Part shown: positions 29,050 through 39,595 of the stretch, in pieces | Numbering within the stretch: position 1 is the stretch's first letter | How the letters are laid out: each line of letters starts with the position of its first letter | Assembly: GCA_965140445.1 (NCBI GenBank) | Contig: OZ223236.1 | Coordinates: 1,536,001-1,600,000 of the forward strand | DNA from: Candidatus Ozemobacteraceae bacterium | Lineage (GTDB): Bacteria; Muiribacteriota; Ozemobacteria; Ozemobacterales; Ozemobacteraceae | Length of the DNA stretch: 64,000 bases | Direction of reading: 5' to 3' | Made by a program: the position numbers and the translations under genes | Notes under the pieces: generated by a model | Database searches by the model: none | What the model was told of the DNA's origin: nothing | The model's input: only the letters and a program-made list of their open reading frames with translations

Positions 29050-31596
29050 TTATTTTTTATCAATGGAATTAATTATTTTATCGAAAAATCTATCAATTTC
29101 GGCCGCTCTTTTGGCCGCTTCTTCTGCGGGGTCTGTTTCTTCAATTGAAAACGGGCCTAAGGCTTCTGCAGAAGGGTTTTTCTTCCACTCTGAATATGCT
29201 CTTGCGTAAAAAGGATAGACTAAAAGCTCTTTTTGGGCGGCCTTTTGGTAAAGAGCAGTGGCTTGATACAAGTCCTTTTTTGTTCCTTTGCCTTTCTCAT
29301 ATAAGTTAGCCAATGAAAGCATGCCCCAGACATTTTTATTGTTGGCCAGTTCTGTAAAAATATTGAAGGCTTTTTCAAACTCACCAGAATTTACGTATTT
29401 AAAGCCCATCTGAAGTTTGCCTTCTTCATAATTTTTATCGGCTGCCCAGGAAAACCATTCGTCAGCTTCTTCGCATGAAAATGGGGTATTGGAAACACTT
29501 TGGAGGGATATTCCAAAACTAACCATGGCCAATGGATTACCTGCTTCTGCGCTAGCTTTAAAAGACAGCAAAGCTTTTTCGGGTGCATAAAAAAATGAGT
29601 AGGACCGGTCTTGTATTGCACCCAAAAAGAAACCACAAAAAAATGGATCTGCTTTTGCCATTTGTTGCAGTTTTTCGTAGATAGGGCGGGGCATTTCTCG
29701 GTCTTCAAACAAACCATTGTCGTCGAGGAGGTGATACTTTAATATCGCATTAAAGAGGCCTATATCAGTTTTTATTTCATCCAGGACAAGTTTTTGTTTT
29801 TCCATTTTTTCAAGCGAGTCTCGAGATTCTAATTCTGATCTTGAAATCACCCGTATCTCAGCTGAAGATAAGTGGCTGACAATTTCACTTTTTAACTTTG
29901 ATTTTAATTGCATTTCGCTGGAGGAAAAACTATCAGAGTCTGAAGCCATTAGCCATTTGTAAGCTTCTCTGTAATTATGGTTTTGCCGATTGTGTTCAAT
30001 TAGAAAAAGATGCAATCTCGGAATATCCTTTTTGTTGGCCTTTTTAAGCCACTCCTGAATTTCTGCCATGGAATAGCTTTCGCCATCTTCGTTTTTTACC
30101 TGAATAAGCCTGGAAATACTTCCCGAATGGCCCTTATTAGCCGCAGAATCAAGTAGCCTAATAGCTTTTGCCCGTTGGTCTTTTTTGCTTGAGCTCAATA
30201 AAAGCTTTGCCAGCGTAAATTTTCCTTCTGAGTTCCCTAAGGAAACAGCTTTTTCCAGCAACTTTTCTATTTTTTCCAATGGCGGGTTTTCAGAATTGTC
30301 AGAAAGAAACTTCGCCAGCTCTACCATTGCTTCTGAAGAACCTGACTCAACCCCTTTTTCCAAGAGGTCCTGAACTGTTTTTTTCATCATTTCGCGAACC
30401 TGGGTTGGAAGAACGGCATAATCTTTTATCATTGCAGCTATTCTTGAATAAGAATCTTTTGCGCCATGGCTCATGGCTTCTTTGTAGTAAGTTAAGCCCC
30501 GGTCAAAAGAATCTTTTGAATAGCCGGTCATAACATCTCCCAACATTAGCATTGCATCTGTATTTCCATAGCTTGCTGCAACTTCAAGTACTTTTAAAAT
30601 GTGCTCGGAGTTGGGAGGGAAAATGTTCTTTTCATATTTACTTGCTTCAATAGCCAGATTAAAAAGTCCATCACCATCTTTTAGCTCGATTAGTTTTTGT
30701 CGTTTTTGTTCAAAATTTAATCTGAGATGCTTTTTCAGGAGTGCTATTGCTTCAACCTGATTTTTTTCTGCAGACGCTCTGGCAAAATGGATTTGCTGAG
30801 GTGTCAGATTTAAAATTCTATTTATTTGAGCAGTTTTAGATTCTGTTGAAAGCATTTTTTTGCCCTTTTTGAAGGCGTGATACGCTTTTTGTTGATCAAC
30901 TACAAAATCAATCAAATTTTGATTTTGTGGAGATAGGTTTTTCGCGGCTGGTGATTTTTTTAATGGGGTATTAATCTGGCAAATCCAGTAAATTGCTTCC
31001 CGAAGATTTCTAGTTGTGCCTTCATTGCCTGAGAGAAAAGCATTTAAAAGAGCTTTTCTGGCGTTGTCGTCAAAAAAGTAGTTTGCCAGTCCCAAATTCG
31101 TTTTGAAGTATTGCTCTTTACTCCCATTTTTTTCATAGTATTGAGCAAGCTGAATCCAGGATTTTTTATCTCCTGCGTCCGCTAACTTTTGGGTCAGGCT
31201 TAGCCACTCATCATTGTTTGTTTGCGGACCCTTTGTAGAAGATGGGTTTAATAATTTAGCAAGAAAGCCACTTGCTAAAGGGTGGTTTTTGCTTGCCAGA
31301 TCTTTCAAGATCTCAATGCTTTTGCTTTGGTCTTTTATTACGCCGCGACCTTCTTTATAGCAGACAGCTAAAAAGAATTTTGCGTCGAGATCTCCCTGAT
31401 TAGCTATTTTTTCAAAATTCGTAAAAGCATTTTGGAAGTCACCTGTTTTGTATTGTTCTTCCAGCACTCTTCTGAAAGCAATTTTCTGATCTTCAGTTGA
31501 TAGGTTGTCCTTAATCTCAATTTTTGAGGTTCCATAACAACCGACAAAAAAACAACAAAATATTAAAAATATGGCTAGCCAGAATTTCATTATCAA
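29050..31596 (-). CDS. Sel1-like repeat lipoprotein
   Basis: Lipobox FVGC; AKFFLAVCYKEGRGVIKD, LANLYEKGKGTKKDLYQA. Confidence 0.88.
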   Translation of the reverse strand: MIMKFWLAIFLIFCCFFVGCYGTSKIEIKDNLSTEDQKIAFRRVLEEQYKTGDFQNAFTNFEKIANQGDLDAKFFLAVCYKEGRGVIKDQSKSIEILKDLASKNHPLASGFLAKLLNPSSTKGPQTNNDEWLSLTQKLADAGDKKSWIQLAQYYEKNGSKEQYFKTNLGLANYFFDDNARKALLNAFLSGNEGTTRNLREAIYWICQINTPLKKSPAAKNLSPQNQNLIDFVVDQQKAYHAFKKGKKMLSTESKTAQINRILNLTPQQIHFARASAEKNQVEAIALLKKHLRLNFEQKRQKLIELKDGDGLFNLAIEASKYEKNIFPPNSEHILKVLEVAASYGNTDAMLMLGDVMTGYSKDSFDRGLTYYKEAMSHGAKDSYSRIAAMIKDYAVLPTQVREMMKKTVQDLLEKGVESGSSEAMVELAKFLSDNSENPPLEKIEKLLEKAVSLGNSEGKFTLAKLLLSSSKKDQRAKAIRLLDSAANKGHSGSISRLIQVKNEDGESYSMAEIQEWLKKANKKDIPRLHLFLIEHNRQNHNYREAYKWLMASDSDSFSSSEMQLKSKLKSEIVSHLSSAEIRVISRSELESRDSLEKMEKQKLVLDEIKTDIGLFNAILKYHLLDDNGLFEDREMPRPIYEKLQQMAKADPFFCGFFLGAIQDRSYSFFYAPEKALLSFKASAEAGNPLAMVSFGISLQSVSNTPFSCEEADEWFSWAADKNYEEGKLQMGFKYVNSGEFEKAFNIFTELANNKNVWGMLSLANLYEKGKGTKKDLYQATALYQKAAQKELLVYPFYARAYSEWKKNPSAEALGPFSIEETDPAEEAAKRAAEIDRFFDKIINSIDKK

Positions 31597-31729
31597 GTCC
31601 TAATTATTAAAAGTTTGCACGCCTATTCTATATTAAATCAATGACTAAGGCATCATTCGAAAAAAAAAATAAGGAAGAGATTTTGAAAAAATTGCTTAGC
31701 AAAATTTATGGCAAAAGAGGCTGATGGAA

Positions 31730-32941
31730 CTAGCAGGGGAGTAACTGAGCTTCATCTTTTTGATCTAATTCTTCATTGTTTTCAATTTCTGTCGCTTTAA
31801 ATGCTTTTAGCTTGCTTGTGGCAAGAATGCTGGTTAATGAAACAAGTCCAACGCTCAAATATATGGCGAGTCGATAAGAGCCGGTTACATCAGCAAGATA
31901 ACCGCCAACGCCCGGCCCTATGCTTCCTGCCAATCCGTATGCCAGAAAGCATATTGGATAAAGCTTTGGAAATGATTCTTCTCCAAAAATGTTGGAAACA
32001 GCAGAGGCGTAAATTACGAAGTTTGAGCCAAAACAAAAGCCAAGTAATCCGACTACGACTAAAAGCAACCAGGTTGGCAGAGGAATCAGGACACAAATGC
32101 TGAAGAGCGCAAAAGCCGCTAATGATAAGGGAATACTTTTGTAGTCCAGATAATCAAAAATTTGCCCCCAGGCAACGCGGCCAATGGCATTTCCGATTGA
32201 AAAAATCCCTACCGCTGTTACCGCAAGTTTTGCCGACAAGCCAGCTTCAATAACAAAAGATGTTAAGTTTCCAATTATTAGCAGGCCAGCAAACGTTCCT
32301 GAAAACATTCCGAGAGTAATTACGATGAACGGAATGGAGAATAACTCTTCTCCTCTTTTAGGTTTTAAGGATTTCTTTCCTGGAGCTGGGTCTGCAAGAA
32401 AAGAAGCCGCAATTAGCAGCGCAGCACCAGTAAGCAGAGAAAAACCACGAAAGAAATGCAGGACATCGGTTCCACTAACAAGAAAATGTTGTGCGATAGA
32501 TGAAAGAATGACTGCACCACCGCCAAATCCTGCGACAGCTGTTCCCGTTACCAAACCTTTCTTCTTTGGAAACCATTTCATTCCAACAGATAGAGGGCAA
32601 ACATAGCCGAAACCAATTCCTGCACCGGCAATAACGCTTAAACTCACCAACAAAACCCAGAAATTTCCTTCCGAATATGAAGCAAGAAAATATCCGCTTG
32701 CAAAAAGGATTGCACCGATACTAGCTGTAAAGCGAGGACCTTTCTTCGTTAAGATTCTGCCTGCAAAAGTCATTGAAATTGTGAATACGGCAATGGTTAG
32801 ACCAAAAATGAAGCCGCATTGCCCTTTGGTAAGATTGTAGCTTTTTTCAAGCCATGGGGTAAATGTACTCCAGGCATAGATTCCGCCGAGAATGGTTTGT
32901 AGAACTATTCCTGCTAATAAAATAATCCATCTGTTTTTCAT
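31730..32941 (-). CDS. MFS transporter, oxalate:formate antiporter (OFA) family
   Basis: Start MKNRWIILL with AGGAG; GGIYAWS, GIGFGYVCPL, KWFPKKKGLVTG..VAGFGGG. Confidence 0.9.
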   Translation of the reverse strand: MKNRWIILLAGIVLQTILGGIYAWSTFTPWLEKSYNLTKGQCGFIFGLTIAVFTISMTFAGRILTKKGPRFTASIGAILFASGYFLASYSEGNFWVLLVSLSVIAGAGIGFGYVCPLSVGMKWFPKKKGLVTGTAVAGFGGGAVILSSIAQHFLVSGTDVLHFFRGFSLLTGAALLIAASFLADPAPGKKSLKPKRGEELFSIPFIVITLGMFSGTFAGLLIIGNLTSFVIEAGLSAKLAVTAVGIFSIGNAIGRVAWGQIFDYLDYKSIPLSLAAFALFSICVLIPLPTWLLLVVVGLLGFCFGSNFVIYASAVSNIFGEESFPKLYPICFLAYGLAGSIGPGVGGYLADVTGSYRLAIYLSVGLVSLTSILATSKLKAFKATEIENNEELDQKDEAQLLPC

Positions 32942-33140
32942 TGGTTGTTCTCCTGATGCTGTTTCTATGAGTCTTGCTGCGTCCAGGGCATGCCATTGTG
33001 TCAATTTAAAATTGACCGAGTACAACTGTTTTTGTTTCTGTTAACCAGATTGAAATCTGGATATTTAGGACAATTTTTTTTCCTGAATCTTGAATCTCAG
33101 AGGTTCAGGCTTTAAGTTTTAGAACCTGATACCAGTTTTT

Positions 33141-33461
33141 TTAATCATTAATCCTGGTTAATCTGCTGCCAGATTTGTTTTCAATAAGGTGAAGCAGGTC
33201 GGCAACCTGTCTATGTGATTCACCAGGGTGCTTCAAATGCTTTTCGCCGTGAATTAGATACTTATTGCGGCGGCCGCTACGGGAAATTTCGATGTATCCC
33301 TCTTTTGCCAGTTCAGCAATAATTCGCTGTACAGCCCTTTCTGTGATCCCAATTTCATCTGCAAGATCTTTAATCAGGATTTCTGGAGTTTTGGCCAAAG
33401 AAAGAAAAATGTGAGCATGGTTGGTTAAAAAGGTCCATTTTGGCGACTTTTCAGTGGTCAT
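33141..33461 (-). CDS. winged helix-turn-helix (MarR/ArsR-like) regulator
   Basis: WTFLTNHAHI, IGITERAVQRIIAEL, GRRNKY; ATG 33461 with GGAG. Confidence 0.85.
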   Translation of the reverse strand: MTTEKSPKWTFLTNHAHIFLSLAKTPEILIKDLADEIGITERAVQRIIAELAKEGYIEISRSGRRNKYLIHGEKHLKHPGESHRQVADLLHLIENKSGSRLTRIND

Positions 33462-33607
33462 TTTTTTTTCTCCATAAAAATCTACGACATTTAATACATG
33501 AAATATATGTCGTGTGTCAATGAAAAAGTTGAAATGGTCTATGGACAAAAAATTGAATGGACAAGGTTTGTTCGCAAGCGATAAGGCTTTTAAAGCAAAT
33601 TTTTGAA

Positions 33608-34156
33608 TTACTTTTTAATGTTTCTGCAGCTAATCAGGCGCAGCAGTTTAAATTCTTCTGACTGTTTTTCAGGATTCTTTATCGGACTTGAAACAAATAG
33701 CGCGACAAGTATTCCTGTTCTATCAGGCTTGAGAGAAGCGTCTGTTAATAAAAGGTTGTCAAACGACAGGTTTACTTTTCTATCTTTGCAATAGAGATAA
33801 TGATGTGTTTCCGTTGTGGTTTTTTCTTCACGCTCAATACCATTATCAGCAAGCTCATAGCTTATTATTCCTTTGGCACCACTGCTGTCAGCTATGAATT
33901 CCCATGCTGCGGAGGTTGAGGTTTCTCCCGAACCAGGCGAAAGAATTTTGGTGGCCCTCATCAAGTCATATTCAATCTGGGACATTAAAATCGATGCGGC
34001 TCCCATATTGTTTAAATGATCCATCCCTTTTTGCGAACTTTTCAGTCCTGACCCGAAAAAATTCATTAAAGCAATAATTAAAATACTGGTCACTGCAACT
34101 CCTATTGCCATTTCAACTAGAGTTACACCAGATTTTTCCGAGCGTATTTTAATCAT
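33608..34156 (-). CDS. type IV pilin-like protein (prepilin N-terminal cleavage/methylation)
   Basis: KSG|VTLVEMAIGV; ATGA overlap with upstream gene. Confidence 0.85.
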   Translation of the reverse strand: MIKIRSEKSGVTLVEMAIGVAVTSILIIALMNFFGSGLKSSQKGMDHLNNMGAASILMSQIEYDLMRATKILSPGSGETSTSAAWEFIADSSGAKGIISYELADNGIEREEKTTTETHHYLYCKDRKVNLSFDNLLLTDASLKPDRTGILVALFVSSPIKNPEKQSEEFKLLRLISCRNIKK

Positions 34157-34587
34157 TGGTAGATCAATCCGCATACTTTTAAGTCCCGATTTTTATTCAT
34201 TTCTTTCCAGGAGACGCTTACGGTCACAACTTTATATGACAGCGGCCAATTCGTTGGCTTGAATTCCTTTACCGATAAATCCCGGCGAAACATTGGCTCC
34301 AATTTAAGAGATAGAGCTTCGGTGTCCATTTTTAACTCAAGATTATCAAAGCTTCTGTTTCCAACGCGAAGGTTTTTGTGCTCATACGGAAACAGACTTA
34401 TATATGCGAGCAGGTTTGTGGCATGTTGCTGCGCCAAAATTTCATTTCTACTTTGGAGAACAGTGTAGCTCCCCTGACTAAAAACCGAATATAGAGGGAG
34501 TAACAAAACACTCATGCATACGACGGCAACAAGAATTTCTACCAGGGTGATTCCTTTTTTTGCAGCACAGGGAGTTTTCATAATCAT
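34153..34587 (-). CDS. type IV pilin-like protein (PilV-like)
   Basis: KKG|ITLVEILVAV; KVVTVSVSW; ATGA overlap with upstream gene. Confidence 0.85.
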   Translation of the reverse strand: MIMKTPCAAKKGITLVEILVAVVCMSVLLLPLYSVFSQGSYTVLQSRNEILAQQHATNLLAYISLFPYEHKNLRVGNRSFDNLELKMDTEALSLKLEPMFRRDLSVKEFKPTNWPLSYKVVTVSVSWKEMNKNRDLKVCGLIYQ

Positions 34588-36635
34588 TGTACCAACTTTG
34601 GTTCCCATGCCAGGGAATACATTAATAATGGTTTTTCAGAATTCTTCTCATTATTCTGGAAAGGTAGTGCCGAAAGTTGGGTGCAATAATCAATGTTGCA
34701 GCCTCTGGCGATAGATGTGTTGAGAGAACCAGCTGCAATCTGCTTCATGGCAACGTTTCCCTTTATGGTGGGCGGCGTCGAAGCAAAACTTCCCTCAATG
34801 AAAACTTGACCGTTAGCGGTTAAAGAGATGTTTGAAGCTCCACTTAACTGGTTGCTAAGGCGAATATTTCCATTTTGGGTGACCAGATTCAATAAAAACT
34901 TATCCCCTGCTGAAGTGATGGGTTTATGAATCTCAATGTCTCCATTTTCAAGGACGATACCACCGTGACTGGACAGCTCAATCGATGAGTTGAAGCTGAT
35001 AGGTTGATTACTTTTTACAAAAAGCCAGCCGTTAATGTCTAGTTTGCCATTTTTAAGGAATCCGTTTCTGGACAAAGCTTTTATAAGTGTGTCGCCAGAA
35101 TTTATCTCCAGTTTGTATCCAGTTCTGTTACCCGGGATAGATATCTTTTGCAGAATTGAAGTTGCAGAATCTAGCTTGCTTACATCAGTGAAAATTTTAT
35201 TGAAGGGTTCCGGAATATCATGGGATTTTCTTTGTTGTATAGCTTTGCCACTGATAAAGTCAGCAATGGGATCGGAGTTGTTTATCTGCCCAGACGTTAC
35301 CGGGTCTGGGAACCTGTGATTGGTAAGGATGTGCCCAAGAGCCCGATTGATAGGAATTTCCCATACGCGACTTGCAAACTTTCTGTTGTAATAATCAAGA
35401 CTGATGTTGCCAACCTGGCTGATAAAAAAGCTGATGTCCTTTTTGGGATCATCCCCGGATTTTAGTTTTTCAAAGGTGGCATTATCTTTGGCGAAAGGTA
35501 AGATTCCATAGGCTTTTGAGCTTGATTTAAATATTCTGCAGCAAATAGTGCGAGTATAAACATCTCCAAAAACAATGGTGGGGGACCTTTGTGCATCGGT
35601 TCCAAACAATCTGAAGGTTGAGTTTACAACCGCTTCATCTCCGAAACCATCTTTTACAAGGTCAAGCCACATCTGTGAGTCGGTGTCGCTTTTGTCATCG
35701 CAAATGCCTGCTTCCCAGTTGATCAGAGCTGTGGTGCCAAGCCATGCAACGGTATACATTCCAGGGCCTTTTCCTTCTTTGAAAAGATGGAAGCCTTCAG
35801 CATATTTTCCCGGGCTTCCCCAGCCACGAGTGTTAGCCAGAATTAGTGGGCCGCCCCCCATATATACCAGGCCTCGGCTTGATTCAACGAAGCTGTTAAA
35901 CCTGTTTGGGACTTCTTCACCGGTTTTGCCCCCGTTATTTAAAACCCAGGGGCGATAGCTTGATCCGCTAAGATTGCCGCTTTTGTCCGTTTTAACCAGA
36001 TTAAATCTGGAAGGTTTTTCTCCGCCACGCGCATCCTGGACCAAAAGTGTAAATTTGGAAAGAACCGGGATAAGATTTGCTGCAACCACAATATCTGAAG
36101 TATACAAATATTCTTCTATAATGCTTTTTTTAGATCCGGGAAGAGCATAGGAAACTGTTATTGGAATCCTGATTATGCCTTTTTTCTCCCTCGGATAAGC
36201 AGATAAAAGCGGGGCGAAATCTTCTTTTTGGATAGCCCATCCAACGGAATACGACAAATTTTTTAACTCGGAGTTTGCGCTGATTATTGCGTTAAGAGTT
36301 TCCTTTAACGATTCTGAAAATGCGATTTTATCAGAAGTTTGCGCTTTCATTGAACTTAAAGGTGTTGAAAGTTCCTGACAAAGCTTTGAATTTTGATTAT
36401 GAAGGTCTTCGATTTTTAATTGGTGACAAGCCAGAGAGGCAAGCGAAAGAGAGAACTCTCTGGCAAGAAGAACCTTGTTAAGTTTCTTGGTGACAAACTT
36501 TCTGCTTATTGAATAGCGCAAAAAACCGCCAAAAGCCAACAACAAAACCGCAAGAATCCCAACAATCAGTAAAATAACGCTGCCGTTGCGGGATTCGTGC
36601 CTTTTACAAGGTTCGTATGAAAAGTAAAACCTCAA
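34584..36635 (-). CDS. large PilX/GspK-like minor pilin with beta-rich C-terminus
   Basis: RNG|SVILLIVGILAVLL (no Glu5); G-x-I beta-solenoid-like C-terminus. Confidence 0.65.
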   Translation of the reverse strand: MRFYFSYEPCKRHESRNGSVILLIVGILAVLLLAFGGFLRYSISRKFVTKKLNKVLLAREFSLSLASLACHQLKIEDLHNQNSKLCQELSTPLSSMKAQTSDKIAFSESLKETLNAIISANSELKNLSYSVGWAIQKEDFAPLLSAYPREKKGIIRIPITVSYALPGSKKSIIEEYLYTSDIVVAANLIPVLSKFTLLVQDARGGEKPSRFNLVKTDKSGNLSGSSYRPWVLNNGGKTGEEVPNRFNSFVESSRGLVYMGGGPLILANTRGWGSPGKYAEGFHLFKEGKGPGMYTVAWLGTTALINWEAGICDDKSDTDSQMWLDLVKDGFGDEAVVNSTFRLFGTDAQRSPTIVFGDVYTRTICCRIFKSSSKAYGILPFAKDNATFEKLKSGDDPKKDISFFISQVGNISLDYYNRKFASRVWEIPINRALGHILTNHRFPDPVTSGQINNSDPIADFISGKAIQQRKSHDIPEPFNKIFTDVSKLDSATSILQKISIPGNRTGYKLEINSGDTLIKALSRNGFLKNGKLDINGWLFVKSNQPISFNSSIELSSHGGIVLENGDIEIHKPITSAGDKFLLNLVTQNGNIRLSNQLSGASNISLTANGQVFIEGSFASTPPTIKGNVAMKQIAAGSLNTSIARGCNIDYCTQLSALPFQNNEKNSEKPLLMYSLAWEPKLVQ

Positions 36636-36641
36636 AGCGCT

Positions 36642-37592
36642 TTATTGTGTTTTTAAAGGTATGATTTTTAAAGTCCCTTTTGGCGCTAAACCATAATGGG
36701 CTTCGCCAAGCCAGGTTTGGCCAGATTCATCCAGGGCAAAATGTCTTGTCATGGCGATAGGAATATTAACTTCTTGAGTGGATTTATTACTTCCGTCAAT
36801 TCCAATTATTGAGAAGTTTTGTTTTCCTTTGGGATTGTCTGTGGTTTTATAGCTGATTGCTATGTTGTTCGTTTCAGGGTTGAACCAGCAGATGTTTGGA
36901 TTATAGTGATTCCCAAGATTTAGCTTTGTTGAAGACAAAACTTTGTTGTTAAATGTTTGCTTGATAAGATTGCTGGTTTTACTTTCCTGATCATATGTGA
37001 GTCGATAAAGACTGTCTGGTTCTTTGGCGAGAACAAATCCTGACCACTCATACGGAATCTGACTTAATAGCTTCTTGTTTTTGTCAAAAACCATGATTTG
37101 TTGCATAACGTCATCTGAAACATAAATTTTGCCGTTTTGAGCAATTTCAATTTTCGATGGCTGAGCAAAATTTGCAGATTTTAACTCATCAAGCTTTTTG
37201 CCATCAGGGGAAAACTTCTCAAGTTTTGATCTAAAACCGTTTATAACCCAGAAGTCTGTTAAATCTCCTGTTGGAGAAAATTGCGCTGCAAAATCCTCGG
37301 TGAGCATCATTTCATCAGCCTTAGCCAGTTGGATTTCTCCAGCGGGTTGGCCAGATTTTTCGAACTTTAGAATTTTGTTACCAACCGTATCTGCAATCCA
37401 GATTTGTTTGTTAACAATTCTAAAACTTAAAGGGCCAATTGGAACCGGGTTTTCCTGCTTTGGATGGCTATTGTTGTTTATATAGCCAACCTTTCCGCTG
37501 CCAGCTCCATATGGTATTGAAATCTGTGCGAAACCGGGACTTGAAATAAGGGTTATAGAAATTAAGCATAAAGCTGTAATAAATAATTTCAT
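36642..37592 (-). CDS. secreted NHL-like beta-propeller protein
   Basis: Signal peptide; GPLSF..IWIADTVGNKILKF; GKIYVSD..QQIMVFD. Confidence 0.75.
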   Translation of the reverse strand: MKLFITALCLISITLISSPGFAQISIPYGAGSGKVGYINNNSHPKQENPVPIGPLSFRIVNKQIWIADTVGNKILKFEKSGQPAGEIQLAKADEMMLTEDFAAQFSPTGDLTDFWVINGFRSKLEKFSPDGKKLDELKSANFAQPSKIEIAQNGKIYVSDDVMQQIMVFDKNKKLLSQIPYEWSGFVLAKEPDSLYRLTYDQESKTSNLIKQTFNNKVLSSTKLNLGNHYNPNICWFNPETNNIAISYKTTDNPKGKQNFSIIGIDGSNKSTQEVNIPIAMTRHFALDESGQTWLGEAHYGLAPKGTLKIIPLKTQ

Positions 37593-37601
37593 AAATCTTA
37601 A

Positions 37602-38312
37602 CTAACTAACCTTTCGTAAAAGTTTTGTCATTGGAGCGTAGTCACTACCGGCCGGGTGAAATCTTGGTCTACCGTAGCTGGTGGAGTTGCTTATTGCTCT
37701 GACATTATTGCCAGTTGCCATAATTATACCAATATGACTATTTGGACTTCCAGTGGTATTCCATGTAATTACGTCTCCAGCTTGATAGGGTGGAGGAGTG
37801 ACTTCTTCCCAGCCCATTTCTTTAAGCTTGTCAGCGGTTGCAATAACTCTGATTCGATTGTAATAATCCTCGCCGGTTTGCCCGAAAATCGGAAGTCCAG
37901 CACTCTCAAATATCGAGTTTACAACCTGGGCACATCCCTGGCGACCATTATTGGTTTCGGGCAGGTATGGAAAGGAATATGGTTCAGCATATTTTATATA
38001 GTGCTCTGCAGCAGCTTTTACAAGTTTTGCCTGCATTGATCCTGCAGCGGCTGGAACAACTGTTGCTGCACCGTCTTCTGTTCCTTCTCCGGCTGCCGGG
38101 GAAGTGTCTTGCTGAGCTGGTGGTTCTGTGAAGCCTGTTTCGCGGTTATATGGTGCTCCCGCAGCTTCTTCAATTTTAACTTCAGGGAAATTAACCTGAG
38201 GGTCAGTTTCTGGATCATAACCCTGGATTTCTCTGAATGTGTCCTGTGCAAATGTTGGCAGGCAGATTGAAATAAGTAAAAGGCAAACAAATAAAAAACT
38301 AAGCTTTTTCAT
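37602..38312 (-). CDS. secreted NlpC/P60-CHAP-like cysteine peptidase (putative peptidoglycan amidase)
   Basis: Signal peptide; acidic low-complexity linker; GCAQVV, AGDVITW, SHIGII. Confidence 0.75.
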   Translation of the reverse strand: MKKLSFLFVCLLLISICLPTFAQDTFREIQGYDPETDPQVNFPEVKIEEAAGAPYNRETGFTEPPAQQDTSPAAGEGTEDGAATVVPAAAGSMQAKLVKAAAEHYIKYAEPYSFPYLPETNNGRQGCAQVVNSIFESAGLPIFGQTGEDYYNRIRVIATADKLKEMGWEEVTPPPYQAGDVITWNTTGSPNSHIGIIMATGNNVRAISNSTSYGRPRFHPAGSDYAPMTKLLRKVS

Positions 38313-38531
38313 TTTGTGTCTCCGCATTTTTGTTTAATCTCTATAAATAATACTACGAAGCGCGAAGTAAATTGTAACATTGCAAAAAATACTGATTGAA
38401 CATGTGGCTTGCCAGATAAATTGGCAAAAAGATTTTGCAATGTAAAAAAATATTTACAAAATTCCTTGAAAAAATTTTGCATAATCTTTGTAACTTGGCT
38501 CTCAGTATAAGTAATCGAGTTAGCTGCGTTG

Positions 38532-38547
38532 TGGCAAGTTTATTGCG
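38532..38547 (+). promoter_or_regulatory. putative sigma-54 promoter upstream of the + strand pilin cluster
   Basis: TGGCAA-GTTTA-TTGCG with correct -24/-12 spacing. Confidence 0.45.
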
Positions 38548-38719
38548 TAGATACTAATGTATAGTCTTTCCAGTCCGAGTTTTTGGAGTTAATGTTCAGG
38601 GGCAAAGTGAGAAAACGGTACAAAAAGAAAAAACACGAATAATGTACCGAGGATAATGCTAAAATAGAAAAATATCAGGAATCGGTCATCCGGGGAATTT
38701 GGGATAAATACAGAAAAGT

Positions 38720-39595
38720 TTGAAGTTAAAGAAGATATTTATGAAGTTTGTGGCTAACTTTGGAGTGCTTGCACTTATTATTTTATTTTCGTGCAACTCT
38801 CTTTTGGCATGCGATTTGAAATTGTTGGATATTTTGACGGCCCACTGGGAATCTGATAAAGAGTTTTCCGGGAAAATCGCCAGCATAGCATCAGAGAGCA
38901 GGCAGCTAAGCTTGATTCTTTCTGAATTTTTGCAGAAGAATCAGAAATATCATTTTCCACCAAAGAATATAAATGGAAAATACGTTTCTACATCTATTGA
39001 TGCCGAATCAACGCAAGCAAAGGCTTTTGTTAAAGAGTTTGGTGACCAGGTTGCTTTGGTGCAAAAACAATGGTCCGGGATTCAAAGTAACGCTTCGCTT
39101 TTCCCTGATTGGGTAAAGTTGGATAAGAGTTGGGAGCAAAAGTGCCTTGAGATTGAAAAGCAGCTTGAGATGCTTAAAACAAAGTTAAAAAACAAGGAAT
39201 TTCTTGTTTTACATGAATCAATTGCGACAATGTACAGTCAAATTCTGCTGCTTCTTGAACAAGGGCAGAAGGATCTTGTCAAAAGGACTCTGCTCACACT
39301 TTCGCAAGACATTCTTCTACTGATAAGAGGAGTGGAATTGAATGATTTTGCAAATATGAAAAAGGCTTCTGAAATGCTTAAAGAGCACGTTGATCAGTTG
39401 GTTAAGTCATTCCCGGAAAATGAGATTAAAGCGTTGGTCGGGTTTAAAGATAGTGTTTATGAACTTAACGATGTTATTAAAAATGATCAATTGTTTAAAA
39501 TCGTTGAGCTGGCTGGTGCAATTGAAAAGCAATTTGGAGAGCTGACAGAGGAATTCAGTGCGGATTATAAAATCAAAAACCTATCACTTTATTAG
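38720..39595 (+). CDS. secreted alpha-helical hypothetical protein
   Basis: 291-aa ORF, signal-like N-terminus; start uncertain (TTG 38720 or ATG 38741). Confidence 0.65.
   Translation: MKLKKIFMKFVANFGVLALIILFSCNSLLACDLKLLDILTAHWESDKEFSGKIASIASESRQLSLILSEFLQKNQKYHFPPKNINGKYVSTSIDAESTQAKAFVKEFGDQVALVQKQWSGIQSNASLFPDWVKLDKSWEQKCLEIEKQLEMLKTKLKNKEFLVLHESIATMYSQILLLLEQGQKDLVKRTLLTLSQDILLLIRGVELNDFANMKKASEMLKEHVDQLVKSFPENEIKALVGFKDSVYELNDVIKNDQLFKIVELAGAIEKQFGELTEEFSADYKIKNLSLY

Noticed and set aside
38421..38440. TGGCAA...TTGC as another sigma-54 promoter
   Set aside because: Spacing is 2 nt off the strict -24/-12 requirement
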